Shown: positions 8,285 to 17,421, counted from the stretch's first letter. The stretch is DNA of 64,000 nt from Candidatus Poseidoniaceae archaeon (GCA_949372655.1 CASIAI010000001.1:13279-77278); one strand, 5' to 3'. Translations and numbers: made by a program. Notes: a model not told the origin generated them from the letters alone.

Positions 8285-8554
8285 TTAACTCTCGTCATTC
8301 ATTCCAACTATCTCATAGTTAGAAGGGAACAGAGCAATCGCTACTCCACCAATCAAAGCGAGTAAGCCCCAACCGAACATTTGTTGAACAAAGAGCATCT
8401 CTAATGCTAATACTACCAGTGCAAGCCCGCCAAGATTAGAAATCCAGACCAATGTTTTGAAAGTCGAAAGTGAAACACCTGTAGTCTCACCCTTTCTAAA
8501 CGGCCCGAACTCTCCACCAAAACGTTGTGCATCTGTTTTTCCATCTTCTGACAT
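8285..8554 (-). CDS. Small 2-TM membrane protein
   Basis: 89 aa with two hydrophobic helices (LVWISNLGGLALVVLALEMLF and GWGLLALIGGVAIALF). It is the last gene of the minus-strand block, 5 nt after the ferredoxin gene. Confidence 0.45.
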   Translation of the reverse strand: MSEDGKTDAQRFGGEFGPFRKGETTGVSLSTFKTLVWISNLGGLALVVLALEMLFVQQMFGWGLLALIGGVAIALFPSNYEIVGMNDES

Positions 8555-8559
8555 TTACA

Positions 8560-8892
8560 TCACCTATCTATCGTTGTAATCGCATCCGTAGGACATGCCA
8601 GTACACAAAGTCTACACCCTGTACAAGCATCTCGAATTATCTTAGCTTTACGATTGGACTCTACATTCATTAGTGGACTACGCATCTTCACTTTGTATAA
8701 CTCAATAGCATTATCATCACAGACAATATCACATTGGTCGCAACCAATGCATAAGCTTTCATTGACAAAGGCTACAACTTCTTCTCCGCCTTTAATCGAA
8801 GAATGTTGAACTCCTCTTTGTCGATTAAGTGAAGCCCGAATACGCAAAGCCTCCGCTTCACGGCGTTTGAGCAACTCATCAGCAGACGTCAT
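8560..8892 (-). CDS. 2x[4Fe-4S] ferredoxin-like protein
   Basis: CIGCDQCDIVCDDNAI and CTGCRLCVLACPTDAI. ATGA overlap with the upstream membrane-protein gene. Confidence 0.85.
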   Translation of the reverse strand: MTSADELLKRREAEALRIRASLNRQRGVQHSSIKGGEEVVAFVNESLCIGCDQCDIVCDDNAIELYKVKMRSPLMNVESNRKAKIIRDACTGCRLCVLACPTDAITTIDR

Positions 8893-9563
8893 ACAGACAC
8901 TCCGACGGCGGCCTTCTCTTCAAACCTAACGACTGTCATGTTGACAAGTAAATCCCCAAAACAATAGAACGCACCGACCAGTAGTGGTGGGTTCCAAGCG
9001 GTTAAACCTGTCCATGGCACCTCATTTGCCCAAGTCCAATTACCTAATTGCGTACCAACTATTTCCATTGCTAATGCAGCCCAAGCCATAGATGCATACA
9101 AACGAGGTTGTGGGCCAAATCTAGTGAAAACCAATACCAATATCAAAAGAATAAGTCCAGATGTATCACTGCCATCATAGACGCCATAAGCCACCATCGG
9201 TATGAAAGGAACCAAAATTGGTAAAGCCAGTGATTGTTTCATCTTGTTTGCCATAATTCTACCGAGGTCGAATAAGAAATAATGACCTGCAGGAACAAAT
9301 AGTGGCATTAGGCCTCGTTGGTATTCATAGATATCCCAAACTTCACTGAAGAATAATTCCATAGGTGTAGCAAATGCAAGGACTGTAATCATCTCTATTC
9401 TTTCTTTACGATTAGTAGTCTTGTAAATGTAAGCAAAAACACCCCAGCACCAGATATTTACCGGCCACTCTGCCAGGTTATCTGGAAGTAATCCACCAAA
9501 TGCAGTAGCAGAAATCCACAGGCCGATAACGATAGTTAGTGAGTATAACCATGCTCTGCCCAT
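8889..9563 (-). CDS. Multi-pass membrane protein, unknown family
   Basis: 224 aa and about 6-7 hydrophobic helices. It lies 47 nt downstream of the gshA-like gene and is translationally coupled (ATGA) to the ferredoxin gene. Confidence 0.5.
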   Translation of the reverse strand: MGRAWLYSLTIVIGLWISATAFGGLLPDNLAEWPVNIWCWGVFAYIYKTTNRKERIEMITVLAFATPMELFFSEVWDIYEYQRGLMPLFVPAGHYFLFDLGRIMANKMKQSLALPILVPFIPMVAYGVYDGSDTSGLILLILVLVFTRFGPQPRLYASMAWAALAMEIVGTQLGNWTWANEVPWTGLTAWNPPLLVGAFYCFGDLLVNMTVVRFEEKAAVGVSV

Positions 9564-9610
9564 ATATATCCCAGTAGATGTTCAGTATAATTGATATGCC
9601 TGATTAGTGA

Positions 9611-10825
9611 TCAGTTTTGATATGCTGAGAACTCTTTGCCCATAGCAAGCATCGAAAGTTCAGCAACCAAGGCATGCCAACCATGGGCATGCTTGCCGTA
9701 TAGGTGTCCAACTTCTGAATGACTTTGAAAAATAGCACTTGGAGAATTGAGATTCTCGATATCACTCTTCTTCTCATTAATTCTATAGAACCACGAAGCA
9801 GCCTGCCCATCAACTAAGTAAACCACAGGTTCAACTGGACCATCCGATTCAGTATTGAGACAGGTTGGAACCCCTTCTTGAATAAGGAAGTTTTCGACAT
9901 CAACTCCGCCTTTAGAATACATTAGTTTTTTCATCTTACGATTGGATAAGGCGAGTAATTCATCACCATTCTTAACCGATAAAATCCCTAAACCATATGT
10001 TCCACTATCATTCTTAATGAATACTACAGGCTCTCTATCTATCCCCATTGCTTGATATCGTGCTCCAATCTTAGCAAGGAAATCATCTACCTCTGCAGCA
10101 AGTTCAATTCTACAAGCCTCTTTTTCTAAGCATTTATCTTTAGAAACAAACCAATCGGTCATCAAATACCATGGTTCAATTCCAAGCATTTCGGCTATCT
10201 CATGAACATACTCTTTTAGTGCATCATAATGATTTGACTTTCTTCTTACGTGCCATCCCATTTGTGGCGGAGGAGATACTCTTGTTGACCCAATACCTGG
10301 CACTATTCCTTCTGTTAGGTCATTATTTAGCAGAATTAAATCTGGTCTCTTACCATCAACAACAATACCTTGTTCGCCATCAAATTCCTTTAATTCGACA
10401 TAGTCTAGTAGTAATGGAGCAGATAAACCATCTATTGAACCATGACTTTGCAGTTCAGGAGAACCGACAGTACATCGAAAACCTGCCTTAGAAATCAATC
10501 GTTGAAGAGTGCGAAGATTCTCCACATATGCTGCATTTCTAGTATGTGCTTCAGGATATAAGTGAACCCATTTACACGTCTCATCTCTACGTAAAATATG
10601 ATTTCTAAGTAATGCTGCAAGATGTTCTTCGTCTTCTTTGGCGACATTATTGAAACCTGCAGGAAAGTGATTTGCATCAACGACTGCAATTTTCCAGCCT
10701 GCATCACGAATATCGACACTACCATAGATTGGAATTGATACTTCGCTTCTCTTTTCCTCCATCCAAGAAGTGATCTCTTCTCGCTTATCCTCAATCAGTG
10801 AGGTTAGTTCATGTAAATTCATCAT
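9611..10825 (-). CDS. Probable glutamate--cysteine ligase-like enzyme (Acidithiobacillus/Leptospira-type GshA family)
   Basis: The N-terminal IPIYGSVDIRDAGWKIAVVDANHFPAGFNN matches my recollection of the Pfam GshA (PF08886)/TIGR02049 family. About 400 aa. ATGA overlap with the upstream asnB-like gene. Needs HMM confirmation. Confidence 0.55.
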   Translation of the reverse strand: MMNLHELTSLIEDKREEITSWMEEKRSEVSIPIYGSVDIRDAGWKIAVVDANHFPAGFNNVAKEDEEHLAALLRNHILRRDETCKWVHLYPEAHTRNAAYVENLRTLQRLISKAGFRCTVGSPELQSHGSIDGLSAPLLLDYVELKEFDGEQGIVVDGKRPDLILLNNDLTEGIVPGIGSTRVSPPPQMGWHVRRKSNHYDALKEYVHEIAEMLGIEPWYLMTDWFVSKDKCLEKEACRIELAAEVDDFLAKIGARYQAMGIDREPVVFIKNDSGTYGLGILSVKNGDELLALSNRKMKKLMYSKGGVDVENFLIQEGVPTCLNTESDGPVEPVVYLVDGQAASWFYRINEKKSDIENLNSPSAIFQSHSEVGHLYGKHAHGWHALVAELSMLAMGKEFSAYQN

Positions 10826-12603
10826 ATCACCTCATCGAGTAGTTCAATTGCAGAACCTGTACGCTTACTACGCCCACCATCTAAGATGTGCATAGCCTCA
10901 AACAACCCAAGTCCAATCGCTAATTCGGGCTGACCCTCAAGAACCTTAGCAAATTTAGAATACTTTTTGCAGACCTCATCACCTCTAGGCTTTAGTTCAC
11001 TTAGAAATGCCTTGAGAAGTGAGGGGGAAGTTGCGGTTCCTGCTGGTAATTTTGGCCTTCGAACAATATCTTTGGGTAGATTGGTTAGGTCAGCTGCCGC
11101 TCTTAGCGCTGCTTTCTCTTCCATATTATTTGGCAATCTCCAGTCCATTGGAAGTTTACTTGAAGCCTCACGATGAGATTTACCTAAAAATGGTACTCTC
11201 ACCTCTAATGAATGTGCCATAGAATGCCTATCGACCAGTCTAAGTTGAAAATTACTCAACTGACCATGTTCTAATTCAAATTCTAAGAATTCATCCAATG
11301 AGGAAGTATGTTGCTCCGGCAAATGGTTGGCATTATACCAATTATCGCCTACCAGTAAATTAGAATTCAATATATCAGCAGTAACCGAAGAATCAATACT
11401 TTCGATTCTACTTCGAATTAGATTTGCATGACTATCCAAGTCACGATAGCGAGGGTATCCTGCGTGTAATTCATCAGCACCTTGACCGCACAAGCCAACT
11501 GTTACCTGCTCTCGCATTTTCTTGAATAATGGCTGGAAGAATAATACTGATACATCTAAATCTTCACCATGCCAAGCCAAATCAGGTAATGTTGATTCAA
11601 ATGAATCTTCAGGCAGTATGTATTGATGATGTTTCAAATCCAAAGTTGAGGCAACTACCTCCGCTGCTTGCCAGTCAGGGTTATCTTCACTCTCTGCAAC
11701 TGTCCAACAATCAGGAACTGGTTGGTCTGCTCTCTTAGCAGCCTCATGCGCAACTGCTGCTACAAGAGATGAATCCAAGCCACCTGAAAGTACGATTCCA
11801 ACCGGAACATCTGACATTAGTCGTTCTTGAACTGCTTCAACAAAAGTATCGAGTAATTTTTCAGCATCTGTATCTGGATTCCAAGTATCACTTGGATTGA
11901 CTTTTTGTCGCTCAACATTAGCGATAGAATGCAAGTAAGCACCCCCCGACTCTCCAAGTTTCCAAACTTCTACAGTACCAGGTCTAACTTGTGTTACATC
12001 TTTGATTAAGGTTGTTCCATCAAGGGGATATTCCCAAGCCAAACGAATTGCCAATGCGGTTTCATCCAATTGTGGAATATGACCTTCATGGCCTCTTAGT
12101 GCTTTTACTTCACTAGCAAATAACAGACTGCCATCGACTACTGTCCTAACAAGTGGTTTGATTCCCATAGGGTCTCTTGCCAAAATTAATTCCTGACGCC
12201 TAGAATCCCAAAGTGCAAAACCATACATTCCATTCAGTTTAGCAATCCATTGTTTATGGTCATCGGCTGAAGTGGTGGATAGATTAAGTTTAGACATGGC
12301 ATCTGAATGTAATGCAATTATAGATTCAGAGTCACCTCTTGTTTGCCATGAATAATTGGAACTATTACGAATAGAACGGTGGTTGTAAATTTCACCATTA
12401 GCGATCAAAACTTCGCCATCATGCCCATGCATAGGTTGTTGACTGCCATCAAGGTCGACTATTGCTAATCTGGTATGTCCAAGTGAGATGTTATCATCAG
12501 ACCAAATGTCCTGACCGTCAGGGCCTCGATGTTGAATCAATTTGGTCATACGATATACGATAGATGAATCTGGATGACCAAACATACCAGCAATGCCGCA
12601 CAT
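10822..12603 (-). CDS. asnB: Asparagine synthase (glutamine-hydrolysing)-family amidotransferase
   Basis: MCGIAG N-terminal nucleophile Cys of Ntn-type glutamine amidotransferases. SGGLDSS PP-loop. 593 aa. Confidence 0.85.
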   Translation of the reverse strand: MCGIAGMFGHPDSSIVYRMTKLIQHRGPDGQDIWSDDNISLGHTRLAIVDLDGSQQPMHGHDGEVLIANGEIYNHRSIRNSSNYSWQTRGDSESIIALHSDAMSKLNLSTTSADDHKQWIAKLNGMYGFALWDSRRQELILARDPMGIKPLVRTVVDGSLLFASEVKALRGHEGHIPQLDETALAIRLAWEYPLDGTTLIKDVTQVRPGTVEVWKLGESGGAYLHSIANVERQKVNPSDTWNPDTDAEKLLDTFVEAVQERLMSDVPVGIVLSGGLDSSLVAAVAHEAAKRADQPVPDCWTVAESEDNPDWQAAEVVASTLDLKHHQYILPEDSFESTLPDLAWHGEDLDVSVLFFQPLFKKMREQVTVGLCGQGADELHAGYPRYRDLDSHANLIRSRIESIDSSVTADILNSNLLVGDNWYNANHLPEQHTSSLDEFLEFELEHGQLSNFQLRLVDRHSMAHSLEVRVPFLGKSHREASSKLPMDWRLPNNMEEKAALRAAADLTNLPKDIVRRPKLPAGTATSPSLLKAFLSELKPRGDEVCKKYSKFAKVLEGQPELAIGLGLFEAMHILDGGRSKRTGSAIELLDEVI

Positions 12604-12651
12604 GGATTAGGCTACAAGGCTTTGTTCTTCAATAATGGGATTAGTAAAATC

Positions 12652-12804
12652 TCACCATAATGGATATTGGAACATAGAAACTGCGAGGAAAATCATGCTT
12701 AATGCAAATACGAAATAATAAGCTCCTTGGGAAGGGCCGGAGTTTTCACTTTCATCATACATGTGTCTCAACATTCCTTCGACAATCCATTCCCATTTTA
12801 ACAT
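12652..12804 (-). CDS. Possible 50-aa single-TM micro-protein (below the ORF-track cutoff)
   Basis: Hand translation of the minus strand gives MLKWEWIVEGMLRHMYDESENSGPSQGAYYFVFALSMIFLAVSMFQYPLW*. It sits in the otherwise empty 212-nt gap between two minus-strand genes. No homology evidence. Confidence 0.25.
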   Translation of the reverse strand: MLKWEWIVEGMLRHMYDESENSGPSQGAYYFVFALSMIFLAVSMFQYPLW

Positions 12805-12815
12805 ATTGAATAAAA

Positions 12816-13439
12816 TCACATTAAACCAATGAATGGTTCAAGAATCATAATAGCCGCCAGAGGGATAAGAAGCATGGTGGCATTGTCATCGATATAGCGC
12901 AATCTTGGCATCTCAGCAAATACGCAGATCGGTGCAAAGATAAATGCTAACCACCATGGTGTTGCAAAAAGATACCAGCAGATTAACCAAAGTACGATTA
13001 AGAAAGAAATTGAGTAAATTACTACTTCCCTTGTTTCTACACCTAAGCGTCTTAATTCACCCATAAATGGGTCGCCGAAAGTCAAAGAGAAAATTAGTGG
13101 ATAGGCATATTCTTTGATTGGCACCAATAAGAATACCATTCCAATTGCCAAACCCCCCCATGCTAAAGCGGAGACTTGCTTTGCCTCGTATTCACGTTGA
13201 CCAAAAATAGTAAAACCCAATTTTAGCCTAATTGTTTCCCCAATTATTGCCACAATTATTACCGCTGATACCAGTTGTGATAGAGTGAAATCGATTTTTT
13301 CGGCTACAGTATCTCCAAATTCGAAATATGCAATTGGAATTAAAAACATTAGAAGATGGAAAACTCTTCTGAATATATGGCCCTTGAAACCACCAACTGA
13401 CTGTTCAACTGGGTCGGTTAATTCAACTTGTTCTGACAT
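12816..13439 (-). CDS. Multi-pass membrane protein; weak resemblance to CTP-dependent polyprenol/dolichol kinase-type proteins
   Basis: 207 aa and about 6 TM helices. FGDPFMGELRRLG is reminiscent of the GDxxAxxxG motif of that superfamily, a weak match. The start codon directly abuts the meaB stop (TAAATG). Confidence 0.4.
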   Translation of the reverse strand: MSEQVELTDPVEQSVGGFKGHIFRRVFHLLMFLIPIAYFEFGDTVAEKIDFTLSQLVSAVIIVAIIGETIRLKLGFTIFGQREYEAKQVSALAWGGLAIGMVFLLVPIKEYAYPLIFSLTFGDPFMGELRRLGVETREVVIYSISFLIVLWLICWYLFATPWWLAFIFAPICVFAEMPRLRYIDDNATMLLIPLAAIMILEPFIGLM

Positions 13440-14345
13440 TTAATCCTCTCCTAATTGCTTCAAGGCTGATTCAACAGAGGTTGAACCTATCGCTAAATTA
13501 TGAAGGATTTCGTCTAGTTTATCAGATTCTAAAATTTTCCGTTCGTGGTGTGCAAGTAACCTTTCACGCCATTTGGCTTTCTTCGAACGACCTGTATCCT
13601 CAAGTTCCAGCAACACAGAAGATGCTTCTTCGATTCCCTCGCCCAATAATGCTGAAGTTAGAATTATTGGTGGCGTTTGACCCAAACCTAATTCGAAGGA
13701 TTCCTTAATCTCACCAGCATGTTGACTTGCCCCTGAAATATCGGATTTATTGACAATTACAGCATCTGCTAATTCTAGTAGACCGGCTTTTTCGGCTTGT
13801 ACTCCATCTCCACGAGCAGGCCCTTCAACCACTACAATTCTGTCGGTAATCGCTGCACACCTCACTTCTGATTGCCCAGAACCAACTGTTTCGATAATCA
13901 CTCTTTCCCAGCCGATTGCGCTAAGAAACTCAACCATATCTGACACAATTAAAGGAGCGCTACCAGAGGACTTCCTTGTTGCGATTGAACGAATATAAAT
14001 TAGGTCTTTGTATTGTTCATTATCAATTGCAGTAATTCTAACTCTATCGCCAAGCAGTGCGCCACCTGTGCGAGGCGAAGAAGGGTCAATAGCCAGTAAG
14101 GCTGTCTTAATTCCCTTTGAAGACCAATCGATTAGGATTTTATCAATCAAGCAAGATTTGCCAACCCCTGGAGCACCAGTAATAGCCAGTGACGACCAAG
14201 TGTCCTGAACTGAATCCGTGAATATTGAAGGAAACTCATCCTTGATATCACTCAAATTCAAGGTTCGATTTTCTAAAGAACTCAAAACTCTGGCAATAGA
14301 ACGTCTATCTCCTTGTATTGCATCGGTGACGAGTTGTAAATCCAA
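13440..14345 (-). CDS. meaB: Methylmalonyl-CoA mutase-associated G-protein (MeaB/ArgK)
   Basis: Walker A GAPGVGKS, LAIDPSSPRTGGALLGDRVR and VNKSD. Confidence 0.85.
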   Translation of the reverse strand: MDLQLVTDAIQGDRRSIARVLSSLENRTLNLSDIKDEFPSIFTDSVQDTWSSLAITGAPGVGKSCLIDKILIDWSSKGIKTALLAIDPSSPRTGGALLGDRVRITAIDNEQYKDLIYIRSIATRKSSGSAPLIVSDMVEFLSAIGWERVIIETVGSGQSEVRCAAITDRIVVVEGPARGDGVQAEKAGLLELADAVIVNKSDISGASQHAGEIKESFELGLGQTPPIILTSALLGEGIEEASSVLLELEDTGRSKKAKWRERLLAHHERKILESDKLDEILHNLAIGSTSVESALKQLGED

Positions 14346-14354
14346 ACTCTCACC

Positions 14355-14834
14355 TCAAGCTGATGATTCCCAATGCCATTCGCTGTTCTGTCCTACTCCA
14401 GCATCTGTTCTTTCACATGCCTTAACAATGAATTCTAAGATTTCTGCAGTAGGAGTTCCAGGTCCAAAAATTGCTTTCATTCCACAAGAAAATAATTCTT
14501 CACGGTCTTCGGAAGGAATGATTCCTCCTCCAAAAACAATAACATCATGCAGACCTTCCTTGACCAAGAGTTCGCAGACCTTAGGGAAAAGGTGATTATG
14601 AGCGCCAGAAAGTGAAGATAAGCCCAGGAATCGGGCGTCTTCATCTCTAACGGTCTCGACTATTTGTTGTGCAGTTCTTCTAAGTCCTGTGTAAATCACT
14701 TCATGACCAGCATCTCTTAGGGTTCTTGCCACAACCTTTGCACCTCTGTCGTGTCCATCAAGACCCGGCTTAGCAACTACAATCCTCAGAGGTTCTCTCA
14801 TTAAATCTTCGAAGTCACGCCCACCTAATAACAC
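14355..14834 (-). CDS. Methylmalonyl-CoA mutase, small cobalamin-binding subunit
   Basis: RIVVAKPGLDGHDRGAKVVARTLRDAGHEVIYTG contains the DxHxxG B12 motif. Also LSSLSGAH and VFGGGIIP. GTG start at 14834; ATG 14801 is an alternative. Confidence 0.85.
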   Translation of the reverse strand: MLLGGRDFEDLMREPLRIVVAKPGLDGHDRGAKVVARTLRDAGHEVIYTGLRRTAQQIVETVRDEDARFLGLSSLSGAHNHLFPKVCELLVKEGLHDVIVFGGGIIPSEDREELFSCGMKAIFGPGTPTAEILEFIVKACERTDAGVGQNSEWHWESSA

Positions 14835-14961
14835 ACCCCCTAAATTTACTGTTTTAGTAATATTAGTGTATTAAAACAGACTTCCTAAATACTGAATTCC
14901 ATGTCTATTTCATAGGCAAGCAATAAGGGCGGCTTTTGTGTAGCAAAGATTGGCGAAGCCT

Positions 14962-16515
14962 ATGTCAAGTACTGAAGATAGACTCAAAGACCTACGAGTT
15001 CGTAAAGCCCAGAGTGAAGCAGGAGGTGGCCAAACAAGGGTTGATGCACAACATAACCGTGGTAAAATGACTGCTAGAGAGCGTTTAGAAATGCTACTAG
15101 ATGATGGTTCTTTTCAAGAGATTGATGCCCTTGTCGAACACCGATGCAAAGATTTCGATATGGATAAAAATGTTATTCCTGGCGATGGTGTAGTTACTGG
15201 ACATGGAACAGTGAATGGGAGAGAAATCTTCGCATTTGCCCAAGATTTCACTGTATACGGTGGTTCACTTGGAGAAATGCATGGCCTAAAAATATGTAAA
15301 ATTCTAGATATGGCTCTAAAAACAGGAAAACCTGTGATTGGATTAAATGACTCAGGAGGAGCAAGAATTCAGGAAGGGGTTGCATCTCTAGGTAGTTATG
15401 CTGAAATATTCTTTAGAAATGTTAGAGCATCTGGTGTTGTCCCTCAAATCTCGGTAATAATGGGACCGTGTGCTGGTGGCGCAGTATATTCTCCAGCAAT
15501 TACTGATTTTGTCATAATGGTTGACCAAACTGCTCACATGTTCATTACGGGACCTGAAGTGATTAAGACCGTCACCAATGAAGTAGTCTCGTTTGAAGAA
15601 TTAGGCGGGGCTATGACTCATGGTAGTAGATCGGGAGTATCTCACTTCACTGCACAAGATGATGAAGCAGCAATTAACCTTGCAAGAGACCTATGTGATA
15701 TGCTACCATCCAATAACTTAGAAAAGGCTCCAACTAAGAAAACTAATGACCCTTCAAATCGCTCTTGTGATAAATTGGATTCCATCATACCTGATGAATC
15801 AAACAAGCCATATGACGTAATTGATGTTATCACCGAAATAGTCGATGATGGAGGATTCCTTGAAGTTCAAGCCGATTGGGCTCAAAACATAGTGATAGGA
15901 TTTGCACACATGGGTAGCCATACTGTAGGCATAGTAGCCAATCAGCCGAAGGTTCTTGCTGGCTGCCTAGATATAGATGCCAGTGATAAGGCTGCCAGAT
16001 TTGTTCGATTCTGTGATGCTTTCAATATCCCGATAATAACTCTTGAAGATGTCCCTGGGTTCTTACCAGGAACAAATCAAGAATGGGGTGGAATAATTAG
16101 GCACGGTGCTAAGTTACTCTATGCATTTGCTGAAGCAACAGTTCCAAAATTAACAGTCATTCTAAGAAAAGCATACGGAGGGGCATATGATGTAATGTCT
16201 TCTAAGCATATTCGTGGGGATTACAATGTCGCGTGGCCCTCTGCAGAATTGGCGGTAATGGGTGCTGATGGCGCGGTTGAGATTATTCATCGAAGAAGAC
16301 TAAAGAGTGCTAGAAATCCTGAACAGGAAAGAGAGAGATTGACAGATGATTTCAATGAGACCTTTGCTAATCCATACAAAGCCGCTGCACTAGGCTATAT
16401 CGATGATGTTATCGAACCGTGTGAGACTAGAAATAAGTTAATTCGTTCATTGGAGATGTTGCTCGATAAAGAAGAGCTTAGACCTGCTCGAAAGCACGGA
16501 AATATTCCACTGTGA
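14962..16515 (+). CDS. pccB: Acyl-CoA (propionyl-/methylmalonyl-CoA) carboxyltransferase subunit
   Basis: [23 protein letters not shown] and [25 protein letters not shown] are typical of carboxyltransferase beta/12S subunits. The first ATG is at 14962; the ORF track begins at TTG 14950. Confidence 0.85.
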   Translation: MSSTEDRLKDLRVRKAQSEAGGGQTRVDAQHNRGKMTARERLEMLLDDGSFQEIDALVEHRCKDFDMDKNVIPGDGVVTGHGTVNGREIFAFAQDFTVYGGSLGEMHGLKICKILDMALKTGKPVIGLNDSGGARIQEGVASLGSYAEIFFRNVRASGVVPQISVIMGPCAGGAVYSPAITDFVIMVDQTAHMFITGPEVIKTVTNEVVSFEELGGAMTHGSRSGVSHFTAQDDEAAINLARDLCDMLPSNNLEKAPTKKTNDPSNRSCDKLDSIIPDESNKPYDVIDVITEIVDDGGFLEVQADWAQNIVIGFAHMGSHTVGIVANQPKVLAGCLDIDASDKAARFVRFCDAFNIPIITLEDVPGFLPGTNQEWGGIIRHGAKLLYAFAEATVPKLTVILRKAYGGAYDVMSSKHIRGDYNVAWPSAELAVMGADGAVEIIHRRRLKSARNPEQERERLTDDFNETFANPYKAAALGYIDDVIEPCETRNKLIRSLEMLLDKEELRPARKHGNIPL

Positions 16516-16524
16516 GGCGATGAG

Positions 16525-16713
16525 ATGACAGATATAGAAATTCTAAGAATGGCTGCAATAGCCGCAGTTATTTCAATTCTAAATGAACAATCTGAGGACC
16601 CTTCACAAGCAGGTAGAATGTCAGGTTCATCTTGGTCGCAAGACCATCGAAGAATGAATATGGGCAAAGCATCGTTGATGAATTTAAGAGCCAGTCGCTC
16701 GCCATGGAAGTGA
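16525..16713 (+). CDS. Small operon-internal protein, possibly an acyl-CoA carboxylase epsilon-like or decarboxylase delta-like subunit
   Basis: 62 aa between the carboxyltransferase and BCCP genes, with 9-nt and 4-nt spacers. The pattern EILRMAAIAAVISIL...SSW...SPWK loosely recalls ACC epsilon subunits. Confidence 0.35.
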   Translation: MTDIEILRMAAIAAVISILNEQSEDPSQAGRMSGSSWSQDHRRMNMGKASLMNLRASRSPWK

Positions 16714-16717
16714 TTAC

Positions 16718-17119
16718 ATGTCAGATAAACGAAAAGTCATAGTTGATGGTACTGAATTCGAAGTTGAACTCGAAATGGACGGAACTACTTGGAGTGCTAC
16801 TGTCGAAGGGCGTACATTCAACATAGAAGTTCCTGACTCAGGGCCTGTCTTGAAGAAGAAAAGAAGTCCTGGTGCTAAGAAAAAGAAATCGGGAACTGTT
16901 TCTGCAAATATCCCGGGTAAAATTGTAACGATAGAAGTCAAAGAAGGACAAGTTGTAGAGGAAGGTCATGTGATTCTAATTCTTGAAGCAATGAAAATGC
17001 AGAATGAAATCCAAGCACCAATTTCTGGAACTGTTAAGTCAATTCATTGTGAAGAAGGGCAATCAATCGAAGCAAATGTGCCATTGGTCGTTATTGAACC
17101 AAATTCTAGCGAAGACTGA
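16718..17119 (+). CDS. Biotin carboxyl carrier protein domain protein
   Basis: EAMKMQNEI biotinyl-lysine motif and a Lys-rich linker KKKRSPGAKKKKSG. Confidence 0.85.
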   Translation: MSDKRKVIVDGTEFEVELEMDGTTWSATVEGRTFNIEVPDSGPVLKKKRSPGAKKKKSGTVSANIPGKIVTIEVKEGQVVEEGHVILILEAMKMQNEIQAPISGTVKSIHCEEGQSIEANVPLVVIEPNSSED

Positions 17120-17139
17120 AAAATCTATTTCCCTCACGA

Positions 17140-17421
17140 GTGAAAGCGATAATTAAAGTGCATCTATGTGTACCATGTAGTATGTCCGCAGAAACTGTGT
17201 GTGATTTTATCGGATGTGGAACTTTTGGAGAGATAGTTTCTAGACTATCCCCGGAAGGATTTCTTGTCGCTACTGGCAAGAAAGCCTACTCTTTTAGAGA
17301 GGCTTACAGAAGATTTCACTATTGTCCAAAGCATCATGATGAATTGATGGGTGGAGTTTGGTCAAGAGTACGTAAACCGGATGACAAAAAGGACGGCCAT
17401 GTCGCTCCGACTGCTATCTAA
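17140..17421 (+). CDS. Hypothetical small Cys/His-rich protein
   Basis: GTG start; an internal ATG giving MSAETVCDFIGCG is an alternative. CDFIGC...HYCPKHH could be a zinc site. No family recognised. Confidence 0.3.
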   Translation: MKAIIKVHLCVPCSMSAETVCDFIGCGTFGEIVSRLSPEGFLVATGKKAYSFREAYRRFHYCPKHHDELMGGVWSRVRKPDDKKDGHVAPTAI

